A stretch of 59,472 nt of DNA from Eubacteriales bacterium (GTDB taxonomy: Bacteria > Bacillota > Clostridia > Oscillospirales > CAG-272): assembly GCA_045594745.1 (NCBI GenBank), contig JAZNZC010000001.1, positions 1 to 59,472 of the forward strand. Direction: 5' to 3'. Shown piece by piece: positions 26,653 to 35,177 of this stretch. Position numbers and translations under genes: made by a program. The notes under the pieces were generated by a model, which was given only the letters and a program-made list of their open reading frames with translations, did no database searches and was not told the DNA's origin. Numbering within the stretch: position 1 is the stretch's first letter; the number at the start of each line of letters is the position of its first letter.

Positions 26653-26743
26653 GACTTTAAGGTATTACAACCCCCATTTTCAGCCCATTTTGAGACCTTT
26701 TGTACTCTTGATCCACGTCGAGAGTGTCGTTTGTCTGACGAGA
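26645..26743 (+). repeat. Cassette junction 5 (near-identical to junction 4)
   Basis: Boxes at 26651, 26692; tail at 26714. Confidence 0.85.
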
Positions 26744-26806
26744 AAACAACCCCGCCCTACGAAAATATTTTACAATAGTACAAGTTAACATACCGAAAGG
26801 ATAATT

Positions 26807-27361
26807 ATGATTTCTGACGAAGGAAGTAGATTCAAATCTTGGAGCAACCTAAAAAAGCAGATGAATGATTTACTTTGCGATTCACTCAAGGGGAAAATTT
26901 CGTATTTTTATACCTGTTATCACGAAGTTCACAACGCTTACGGCAGAGCGACTATCAATTATTGCAAGAACGAAATTGTCGCCTTTTCGTGGGTGGAGCG
27001 ATATCACCAGATGTACGATATGAGTGAGCAATACAAAAAGATGGATGATGGTTCACGCCCACCTGCGAATTATGAAGATGCTGTAGATGCTTATATGGCA
27101 GCCAGTGCTGTGGTCACGAAAGAAAAATGGATGCCGAATTGTACTTTGTGCGAGGCGGATTTCATCAATTCCATTACCGTTTATCTCAAGACAAATATCT
27201 CAACCGCTCTTCAATCGGATAATTATCTGTTGCGCGTATTTGCCTACATGGATAGAAGAGTTGGTAAACGAACGCTTATAAAAATCAAAGATGATGTGGA
27301 AAAGCTGCCTGAATGGGTAAGGCAGTTCTATCGCATACGCTGTGAAGCTGAGAAAGTTTGA
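26807..27361 (+). CDS. Cassette cargo: conserved hypothetical protein (resembles SF0329-type family)
   Basis: WSNLKKQ...LCDSLKGKI and DRRVGKRTL motifs recalled from a widespread uncharacterised family. Confidence 0.7.
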   Translation: MISDEGSRFKSWSNLKKQMNDLLCDSLKGKISYFYTCYHEVHNAYGRATINYCKNEIVAFSWVERYHQMYDMSEQYKKMDDGSRPPANYEDAVDAYMAASAVVTKEKWMPNCTLCEADFINSITVYLKTNISTALQSDNYLLRVFAYMDRRVGKRTLIKIKDDVEKLPEWVRQFYRIRCEAEKV

Positions 27362-27415
27362 AATATACCTTTTGACTTTATGGTCCACGTTGAGAGTGTC
27401 GTTTGTCTTTCGCGA
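27361..27415 (+). repeat. Cassette junction 6 (one box plus tail)
   Basis: Box at 27364; tail at 27386. Confidence 0.8.
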
Positions 27416-27435
27416 AAATAATATGAGGTACATTT

Positions 27436-27789
27436 ATGAATGACATTGAACTTATCTACAATGAATTAAAAGACAAGTACAAATTGCTTTTAACCAATAG
27501 TTTCGCATTAAATGAAGGGTTTACGTGGGATGTTCCCGTTATTTGTGGCAAATCTCCATCGGGCAAATTTTGGCTCTACGCCGATGAAGATATTCCCGAT
27601 CCACACGGTATTGAATTTGTTTTCTCTGTAGAATACGAAAAGCGAACTCGGTTCAGAAAGCGCTTGGTTAAATGTCACACCCATTGGCATCCGCAGACTA
27701 TAGAGCAAGCTATTGCGGATGTTGAAGACTTTATGGATGGCAAAATTCATTTTTCGCAGACACTTACGGGAGTTTTGATCAAACGTTGA
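27436..27789 (+). CDS. Cassette cargo: hypothetical protein
   Basis: GAGG RBS; runs into the last junction. Confidence 0.65.
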   Translation: MNDIELIYNELKDKYKLLLTNSFALNEGFTWDVPVICGKSPSGKFWLYADEDIPDPHGIEFVFSVEYEKRTRFRKRLVKCHTHWHPQTIEQAIADVEDFMDGKIHFSQTLTGVLIKR

Positions 27790-27811
27790 AAGTGTCGTTT
27801 GTCTCACGAGG
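27759..27811 (+). repeat. Cassette junction 7 (degenerate; probable oldest rlmD tail)
   Basis: gacacttacgggagttttgatc-a-aacgttgaaagtgtcgtttgtctcacgagg. Confidence 0.75.
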
Positions 27812-27824
27812 CAAATCCAACCTT

Positions 27825-28000
27825 GTAGGGGGCGACGTCCTCGACGCCCCGAGAACAAACGGATTTTTGATTGTTAAAAAAGAAAACCGCATGAGAAAGA
27901 CACGCCGTCTGATTTATTTGTGCTTTTTACAACGGGTCGTCGAGGACGTCGACCCCTACAAAAGTTGTTTTCCCCGTAGGGGCGATTCACAAATCGCCCG
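27825..28000. repeat. Cluster of three GTAG REP-like palindromes
   Basis: 27825-27851 (+), 27933-27959 (-), 27976-28000 (+). Confidence 0.8.
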
Positions 28001-28041
28001 CAAAGAGACGAACATTTATCAATTCAGAAAGGACGCCTATT

Positions 28042-29559
28042 ATGAAAATTGCAAGCATTATGAATTTTGCGCGGCAGATCGATCAGCGTATGGAGGATAG
28101 CGAAAATATCCTCTTTAACGCAACGCGTGCCGAACTCGAAATGGTCAACGAATTTGGCTTTGAGAATACCTTCCTTTTGCAATACGACGTCCTTTGTGAT
28201 CCGCGCTATGCGGAACTGTTCCGCGAAAAGGGAACCGAGCGTACCGAGCTTGGCATTTGGTACGAGATCGTCGAGCCTCTGACCTCTGCCTGCGGACTCC
28301 CTTACAAGAGCGAGCGCGGCTGGCGTTGGGATTGGCATATCGTTCCAGGCTTTTCAATGGCTTATACCCCTCGGGAGCGCGAAATGCTCATCGACGAGGC
28401 GATGCGAAAATTCAAAGAGGTCTACGGTTATTATCCGCGCACTGTGGCAAGCTGGCTGATCGACACACACACGGTTCGCTATCTTGCAGAGCATTACGAC
28501 GTCGATGCTATCGCAATCTGCCGCGATCAGACCAACACAGATGCCTACACGCTCCACGGCGGATATTTCAATCAAGCATACTATCCCTGCAAGAACAATA
28601 TCTTCACCCCCGCGCAAAGCGAGGGAGAGCAGGTGAATGTTCCTGTGTTCCGTCTTTTGGGGCCTTGTCCCATTCACAACTATGACAACAAAAAATACCT
28701 CACCCACGCGTGGGATGCGCGCCTGCACTGCGGTTGCTTTACAATGGAGCCCGTTGGCTCTGTCGGCGCCGCGCCCGAGAACGTGGATTGGTTCTATAAA
28801 ACATTTTATCAAAACGAGGATCTTGGATTTTCCTGGACGCAGATCGGTCAGGAGAACAGCTTTGGCTACACCGAGTTTTTGCCGCAGCTGCGTATGCAGA
28901 TCGAAAAACTGACAGAGCAAAAGAATGTTCAAGTAATGAAGATGTGCGACGCGGGCGCGTGGTTCAAAAAGACTTACCCGAGCACGCCTGCTACGTCGGT
29001 GGTCGCTCTGGACAACTGGGACAGAGGAAGTGATGCGCAATCGGTTTGGTACGATTGCCAAAGCTTTTCTGCAAATCTCTTCCGCTTCGAGCGGAGCATC
29101 TTTATTCGCTCGTGGCATCTGTTCGACGAGCGCGTGCCCGAGCATTACATCACTGAAAAATGCACCACATTCGATGCGGTGTATGAAAATTTGCCTCTTG
29201 TCGACGCTCTGTTCTGGAATGACGGCGAAAATTACAAGAGCGGCATTCAAATTGACGCCGATGCGTCGTCTTTTGCGGTCGAGCGCCGCGGCGAGGACTC
29301 CTTGGCAGTCAAATGGAGCGGTGGCGAGGTGATATTCCTTCCCGACCGCATCAAAATCACTGCTCCCGTGCTTCGCTTTTGGGCGAGTCGCGCAAAGTGC
29401 TTGACGGTGGCAGGGAATACCATTCAGTACAACTATAAAGGAACGCCTTATACATTGGAGATTATCAGCGCCGATGTCCACGAGGAAGCCGATCATATCT
29501 CCATCACGCCAACGAGCGGCCTGTGCGAGCTCATCCCACGCCGCGCCGAAACTGTTTGA
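28042..29559 (+). CDS. Uncharacterised protein, possibly glycoside hydrolase/deacetylase barrel
   Basis: Long ORF with RBS; TFLLQYD, ELGIWYE, KFKEVYGYYP motifs. Confidence 0.6.
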   Translation: MKIASIMNFARQIDQRMEDSENILFNATRAELEMVNEFGFENTFLLQYDVLCDPRYAELFREKGTERTELGIWYEIVEPLTSACGLPYKSERGWRWDWHIVPGFSMAYTPREREMLIDEAMRKFKEVYGYYPRTVASWLIDTHTVRYLAEHYDVDAIAICRDQTNTDAYTLHGGYFNQAYYPCKNNIFTPAQSEGEQVNVPVFRLLGPCPIHNYDNKKYLTHAWDARLHCGCFTMEPVGSVGAAPENVDWFYKTFYQNEDLGFSWTQIGQENSFGYTEFLPQLRMQIEKLTEQKNVQVMKMCDAGAWFKKTYPSTPATSVVALDNWDRGSDAQSVWYDCQSFSANLFRFERSIFIRSWHLFDERVPEHYITEKCTTFDAVYENLPLVDALFWNDGENYKSGIQIDADASSFAVERRGEDSLAVKWSGGEVIFLPDRIKITAPVLRFWASRAKCLTVAGNTIQYNYKGTPYTLEIISADVHEEADHISITPTSGLCELIPRRAETV

Positions 29560-29620
29560 GGAACAAGACCTTTTGAGCCTTTGCGTTGTTTACCAAAGAG
29601 AAAGGTAGGAAAAAGCACCA

Positions 29621-32260
29621 ATGATCAAAGTACAGGATCTAACCAAAATTTACAAAAGCAAAAATCGTACAAATTGCATAGCACTCGACCACGTTTCGTT
29701 CACCCTGCCCGATAATGGAATGGTGTTCGTTCTGGGTAAGAGCGGCAGTGGCAAGTCCACACTTCTCAACCTGCTCGGCGGTCTTGACGGCTTTGAATTT
29801 GGAGAGATCTTTTTTGAAAACGAACGACTTTCCAAGTTCACAAAATACGACTTTTATGATTACCGTTGCCGCCACATCGGATTTGTGTTCCAAGACTTCC
29901 ATCTGCTCGAGGAGCTGACGGTTGAAGAAAATATTGCCCTGGTGCTTGATCTGGAGAGTGCCGAGCACGGTGACCTGATCGTTAACGCCTTGAAAAAGGT
30001 TGGACTAGAGGAGTATGCTTCCCGTTATCCGCGCGAGCTCTCGGGCGGACAAAAGCAACGTGTTGCAATGGCGCGCGCCATTGTTAAAAACCCCGAGGTC
30101 ATCCTGTGCGACGAGCCTACGGGCAACCTCGATGCCGACAACTCGCGTCAGATCTTGAATCTGCTCAAGGAGTTTTCCAAAACCAAGCTGGTTATCATCG
30201 TGTCTCACAACATCCCCGATGCAGAGACATATGCCGATCGCATTTTGGAGCTGCGCGACGGTCAGATCATTCGCGACGAGGTGCGCCGCGACGGCTACGC
30301 CAATGCGTTCGACATCAACGAGGAGGGAACCTTGACTCTGCCTTACAACAAGACGCTTTCCGGCAAGCAGATCGATGAAATGGTGGAAGGCATCCGTTCG
30401 GGTGAGGTAAAAAAGGTCGTGCAAAACGACGACGGCTTCCACAAGATCGACTCAAAGAATATGGAGCTGCGCGGTCGCCCTTATGCGCGCCGCAATGCGG
30501 GAATGTCCCTCAAAAAGACACTTTTCCTCACAAAAACAATGATGAGGGGAAAGTATATGCGCTTTTTGGTGGCGGCTATTACGGCAACGCTTATCGTTTC
30601 CTGTTTTGCCGTTTTCCAATCCTTCTTGAACTACAACGTCAACACGTCTCTTTCGCACGCGATGATCGCGAACAATGAGCCTATTATGGCTTATCAAAAG
30701 GCAACCATCAGCGGCGGCACCAATATGCTGGACACAACAAGTCTTATCCATATCAATGCCGAGGATTTAGAAGCCTTCCGCAATACCAAATACGGCGACC
30801 GTATGCATATTTTGTACGATCATGCGTTGCCTGCATTGTCCGGTATAAGTGATAACACCGGTGCTAAGAGGTCATTTGATGCTTTGAAGAACGTGGAAAA
30901 ATTCTACATTGGCGAGACCTACGGCGTTTTGCAATGTGATCGCGATTTGTTGAAGCATCTCTTTGGTGACGACATTGAAAACCGCGTGCTGGCGGGTAGC
31001 TTGGATTGCCCCAATCGCGGCATCATTATTACCGACTACGTGGCAGATTCCATTCTTCACGGAAATCCTTCCCGTTATGAAAATTATGAATCGATCATCG
31101 GCGTTTACCATTCTCCTATGGACAAAAAGTATGGCGTTATCGATGCCATCATCGAAACGGGCTACCACAAAAAATACGATGACCTAAAGGCGCGTATGGA
31201 TGCTTTGGAGGCCGAAGGCGATAAAGACGGTCTTGAGGCTCTGCGAGATTCGGATGAATTTTTGTATTTTGCAGAGTACGTACAGCTTGTGCTGGGCATC
31301 AGCTATACCTTCTCCGAGGATTACATAGCCGATATGAGCTCTTCCACAGATTTTTTGGAGCTCGGAATTCCCGCCGGTCTTAGCTTTGATGCCGGCAACG
31401 GCGTATATCAACCCTTCAGCTCGCCGCGCATTTACGACGGCCCGAGTATGCAGATGGACATTGCTCAGGGAGAGGCAGTTCTTCCCGTTTCACTTTTTAA
31501 CAGCATCGCAGGTACAAAATATAATAAGGGCAATTTAGGAGATTTTACACCCACCGATATCACCATTACCTTTTATTCCCGCGATAAGGTAGAACTCGGA
31601 AAACGTTCTTTCAAGGTTACGAGGCTGACAGAAACCAATAATAACACGGGCGTATTCCTCAGCACAGAGGACTTCTTGGCGGCAAGACCCTTGATGACCT
31701 CTCCTTACGCTCTCTATTTTGACGATGTGCACTCTGCAACTGTGCTCAATAGCATTGCGGCAGAACGTGATTTTGTGGTCAGAAACGTAGAAAACAATAT
31801 GGCAACAAAGCTCTACCGTTTGATCATTACCTTTTCCGACTTGTTCCGCCTGTTCGAGGCATTCCTCTTGGCGATCTGTGTGATCTACCTTGGCGCGTTT
31901 GGTTCAAATGTTATTCAAAGACACAAATATCAGGTTGGTATCATCAAGTCGCTCGGCGGCAAAACGAGCCAAATTGCAAAGATCTTCTTGGCACAGCCCT
32001 TGGTAGTTGGAGCCTTCATTATCGGGCTTTCCGGCTTTGGCATCTGGGGAGCTACGGCGGCGGCAAATGCCATTCTGCTCAACTCTATGCAAACACACAT
32101 GGAGCTTGAGATCCGCCTGTTTGAAATCATCGAGTTCTATCCGTATTTGGCGGCGATCGACCTTGCCCTGGTCGTTATTCTGACAATGATCTCGGCACTC
32201 GCACCCGTTTGGGCAATTCACAACATCAAGCCCATTAACATTATTAAGGCAAAAGAATGA
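29621..32260 (+). CDS. Fused ABC ATPase/FtsX-type permease (MacB-like)
   Basis: [25 protein letters not shown]; 1+3 TM topology. Confidence 0.88.
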   Translation: MIKVQDLTKIYKSKNRTNCIALDHVSFTLPDNGMVFVLGKSGSGKSTLLNLLGGLDGFEFGEIFFENERLSKFTKYDFYDYRCRHIGFVFQDFHLLEELTVEENIALVLDLESAEHGDLIVNALKKVGLEEYASRYPRELSGGQKQRVAMARAIVKNPEVILCDEPTGNLDADNSRQILNLLKEFSKTKLVIIVSHNIPDAETYADRILELRDGQIIRDEVRRDGYANAFDINEEGTLTLPYNKTLSGKQIDEMVEGIRSGEVKKVVQNDDGFHKIDSKNMELRGRPYARRNAGMSLKKTLFLTKTMMRGKYMRFLVAAITATLIVSCFAVFQSFLNYNVNTSLSHAMIANNEPIMAYQKATISGGTNMLDTTSLIHINAEDLEAFRNTKYGDRMHILYDHALPALSGISDNTGAKRSFDALKNVEKFYIGETYGVLQCDRDLLKHLFGDDIENRVLAGSLDCPNRGIIITDYVADSILHGNPSRYENYESIIGVYHSPMDKKYGVIDAIIETGYHKKYDDLKARMDALEAEGDKDGLEALRDSDEFLYFAEYVQLVLGISYTFSEDYIADMSSSTDFLELGIPAGLSFDAGNGVYQPFSSPRIYDGPSMQMDIAQGEAVLPVSLFNSIAGTKYNKGNLGDFTPTDITITFYSRDKVELGKRSFKVTRLTETNNNTGVFLSTEDFLAARPLMTSPYALYFDDVHSATVLNSIAAERDFVVRNVENNMATKLYRLIITFSDLFRLFEAFLLAICVIYLGAFGSNVIQRHKYQVGIIKSLGGKTSQIAKIFLAQPLVVGAFIIGLSGFGIWGATAAANAILLNSMQTHMELEIRLFEIIEFYPYLAAIDLALVVILTMISALAPVWAIHNIKPINIIKAKE

Positions 32261-32323
32261 TAACAACAGTGGGGATGCCACACCTTGGCACCCCCACTCA
32301 AACCAAGTAATTTTGATAACAGT

Positions 32324-33112
32324 ATGAAAAAAACGAAATTGACGATTCTTCCAAACGATATTCCCGAGCGGCTGATACCGCTCCTCTGTGGCGCACCGAT
32401 TTGGGATAGCAGTTGTTCTCCCGAGGCGCGTGTGCTTTTCATAGAAAGAGATGGCGGCATCTATCTCAAATCCGCTGAGGCGGGAACGCTCTCGCGCGAA
32501 GCGGAAATGACACGCTTTTTCCATTCCCGAGGAATGGGAACAGAGGTCCTTGACTATTTTTGCGAGGGCGGCAAGGATTGGCTTCTGACTGCGGCTGTTA
32601 GGGGTGAGGACCTTACCCACGAGTTTTACACAAGCGAACCGAAGCGCCTTTGCGATACCTTGGCGGAGCGCTTGCGCTTGCTTCACGAGTGCCCGACAGA
32701 GGGCTGTCCCGTGCCCGATCACACCGCCGGATATCTCGCACGCGCCGAGAAAAACTATCGAACCGGCAACTATGACAGCACGCATTTCCCCGATAATTGG
32801 GGCTATGCATCTGCCGAGGAGGCGTGGTCTGTATTGGAGAAAAACGGGCACCTGCTCGAGAAAAACACGCTGCTCCACGGCGACTATTGTCTGCCAAATG
32901 TCATGTATAACGGTTGGGAGTTCAGATCCTTTATCGATGTTGGCAACGGCGGCGTGGGAGACCGCCACGTAGACCTCTTTTGGGGCGCGTGGACGCTGTT
33001 TTTCAATTTGCACACCGATGCCTACCGCGACCGCTTCTTCGATGCCTACGGGCGCGACCGCGTAGATGAGGACATCCTACGCATCGTAGCGGCGGCAGAA
33101 GTATTTGGGTGA
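32324..33112 (+). CDS. Aminoglycoside phosphotransferase APH(3')-like
   Basis: YLK, LLHGDYCLPNV, FIDVGNGGVGDRHVDL, FFDAYG. Confidence 0.85.
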   Translation: MKKTKLTILPNDIPERLIPLLCGAPIWDSSCSPEARVLFIERDGGIYLKSAEAGTLSREAEMTRFFHSRGMGTEVLDYFCEGGKDWLLTAAVRGEDLTHEFYTSEPKRLCDTLAERLRLLHECPTEGCPVPDHTAGYLARAEKNYRTGNYDSTHFPDNWGYASAEEAWSVLEKNGHLLEKNTLLHGDYCLPNVMYNGWEFRSFIDVGNGGVGDRHVDLFWGAWTLFFNLHTDAYRDRFFDAYGRDRVDEDILRIVAAAEVFG

Positions 33113-33149
33113 TCTTTTGAGGAAAACGGTGTTGCAGGTATGCATTCAA

Positions 33150-33309
33150 GCCCTCCTCCGGGAGGAGGGAAAACACCGCATAGCGGTGTAGGGAGGAGCC
33201 CGCGCAACTAAGGCAGCTCAAGTTCAAACGGCGAGCAGATTTTCTTGTACACGGAAGGCTCCTTCCGTCATTTTCTTGCGAAAATGCCACCTCCCTCTCG
33301 GAGGGAGGC
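33150..33309. repeat. Palindromic intergenic repeat element
   Basis: Terminal hairpins ccctcctc-cgg-gaggaggg and cctccctc-tcg-gagggagg; internal gagcc/ggctc pair. Confidence 0.65.
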
Positions 33310-33401
33310 ATAAAAGTAGAGCCGCATCGCGGCGAATTGTATTGGCGAATAACACGAGATATTTCAAATCAATTTCACTTCCTCTACAAAGGAGAAAAGC
33401 A

Positions 33402-33872
33402 ATGAACATTAGAAGAGCCAACGAGCGTGATATTGCGGGCATCAACAAGCTGCTTTACCAGGTGCATCGCATTCACGCCGAGGGACGCCCCGACATCTTT
33501 CGTCTGGGCAACAAAAAATACAACGACAAGGAGCTTTGCGCCATCCTCGCGTGCGACACCACCCCCATTTTTGTGGCGGTGGATGACGAGGAAAAGGTGC
33601 TGGGCTATGCCTTTTGCATCTACGAGGAAACAAAGAATAACCCCTCGCTGATGGATCGCAAAACCGTTTACATCGACGACCTTTGCGTAGATGCTACCGA
33701 GCGCGGTCAGCACATCGGCACAGCCCTCTACGACCACGTTAAAGACGAGGCAAAGAAAGAGGGATGCTCTGCCGTTACCCTCAACGTATGGTGCCTTAAC
33801 GAGGGCGCGATGCGCTTCTACGAAAAGTGCGGCATGAAACCGCTGAAGGTGGTTATGGAGGATACACTCTAA
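33402..33872 (+). CDS. GNAT acetyltransferase
   Basis: YIDDLCV...RGQHIGTAL, LNVW..N..A..FYEKCGM. Confidence 0.9.
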   Translation: MNIRRANERDIAGINKLLYQVHRIHAEGRPDIFRLGNKKYNDKELCAILACDTTPIFVAVDDEEKVLGYAFCIYEETKNNPSLMDRKTVYIDDLCVDATERGQHIGTALYDHVKDEAKKEGCSAVTLNVWCLNEGAMRFYEKCGMKPLKVVMEDTL

Positions 33873-33906
33873 CGACAGCAACAAAATTATAGAAAGGAGG
33901 CAAGAA

Positions 33907-34605
33907 ATGCGCTATTTCAAATACAAGGGCTTACAAACAACCGAAAATCCTGTTTTGCGGGCGCAGTACGCTGAATATCAAAAACAAGAAGAAAGACTTG
34001 CGCGCAGAAATATGGCATTAGGCGGTATTGGATGTGGTCTGTTTCTTCTTGTCACTGGAGCCGGTTTTGGCTTTTTTATCTGGGGATTGACACGAATTCC
34101 GAAACCTGAAGGAAATGTCTTTTTAATGATTGCATATATGTTGGGAATCGCAATTTTGGGTATGGTAGGAATGGTTCTTATCATTGTCATCGGGTTGCTC
34201 ATTTCTGTTCCGATTTGGAAGCGGACGAACAGAAGAACAATATCACGGCAAGACATTTTATCCAAAGCCTGCGAACACCTGCGCGAGTATTACGGCTTGC
34301 AAGAGCCCTGCATCGTCACAAAATGCTATGATGCAAGCGATAAAAAATTCAAAAACCACGACGTTTGCATTTTTGTTGTCGGTGACGAATTGCGCATCAC
34401 CACCAATCTAAAAAACGGCTTTTTCCGCGAGGAAAAGGATTTGGGGTGCCACGCCTTTTTGCGCGACGAGATCACGATTGACAAAATCGAGGGCGAAAAG
34501 TTCCTGATGGCAGAGCTCAGGGCAGGGGAGACGACTTTTCTGCTCGGCTATCGCGCCAAAGGGTTTATCGAAAAGAATTTTTTGACAGTGGAAAATGATG
34601 CGTAA
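33907..34605 (+). CDS. Hypothetical two-TM membrane protein
   Basis: AGGAGG RBS; two hydrophobic helices. Confidence 0.75.
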   Translation: MRYFKYKGLQTTENPVLRAQYAEYQKQEERLARRNMALGGIGCGLFLLVTGAGFGFFIWGLTRIPKPEGNVFLMIAYMLGIAILGMVGMVLIIVIGLLISVPIWKRTNRRTISRQDILSKACEHLREYYGLQEPCIVTKCYDASDKKFKNHDVCIFVVGDELRITTNLKNGFFREEKDLGCHAFLRDEITIDKIEGEKFLMAELRAGETTFLLGYRAKGFIEKNFLTVENDA

Positions 34606-34712
34606 AAAACAATTTACGGGCGACAAGAGTCGCCCGTTTTTTCTATCGACAACAACAAAACAATAAATCAGCCTGTCATCCTGATTTTTACTTCTCGATA
34701 ACCGTTTGTTTT

Positions 34713-34845
34713 CGGGGCGTCGAGGACATCGCCCCCTACGAAAGTTGTTTTTCTTTGTCGGTACAAACACTTATTAGATTTCAATGAAAGAAAAGCAATT
34801 TGAGGCGCTACTTTTCTTGTAGGGGGCGACGTCCTCGACGCCCCG
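34713..34845. repeat. Two GTAG REP-like palindromes
   Basis: 34713-34739 (-) and 34819-34845 (+); the latter is identical to 27825-27851. Confidence 0.8.
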
Positions 34846-34982
34846 CCACAAGCGACTTCTTTGGTTTGTTCAAAATTGCCCAAGTAATACATCTTGTTTC
34901 TCGTTTTTCTTCAAAACACAATATCTTGTAGGAAACGTCCAAGATTGTATAAAAAATAACAATAAAAATTCGACAAAATTTA

Positions 34983-35011
34983 TTGACAAAAGGATGTTGG
35001 AATGATATAAT
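34983..35011 (+). promoter_or_regulatory. Sigma-A promoter of pflBA
   Basis: TTGACA-17-TATAAT with TG extension. Confidence 0.85.
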
Positions 35012-35029
35012 AAAAGGCGTACGAATAAC

Positions 35030-35104
35030 GTTCCCGCGTGACTGACGGAAATAGTGGATTTTTACCACGTGGAGCCGGGAATTTGAACGCCGACCGTCTG
35101 GGCA
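35030..35104 (+). ncRNA. ZMP/ZTP riboswitch (pfl motif)
   Basis: cgtgactgacg...gtgg..ccac...gccgaccgtctgggca upstream of pflB; 3' end overlaps a terminator. Confidence 0.85.
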
Positions 35105-35133
35105 GTTTTGCACGCAACAAAACTGTCCTTTTG
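35100..35133 (+). terminator. Riboswitch expression-platform terminator
   Basis: gggcagttttg-cacgcaa-caaaactgtcc-tttt. Confidence 0.75.
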
Positions 35134-35177
35134 TTGTCTGTGGGAATCGATATGAGCGAGAAAGAGAGGTATAAACA

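Larger units (their letters stand above)
22649..27811 (+). mobile_element. Tandem cassette array integrated at the rlmD 3' end (seven cassettes, no recombinase in window)
   Basis: Eight copies of the 30-bp rlmD tail at 22649, 23786, 24820, 25312, 25943, 26714, 27386, 27782, separating co-oriented AT-rich ORFs. Confidence 0.85.

Noticed and set aside
22649-27811. Classical integron (attC/IntI) or CRISPR
   Set aside because: No RYYYAAC...GTTRRRY attC hairpins and no tyrosine integrase; repeats derive from rlmD coding sequence and are separated by whole genes.
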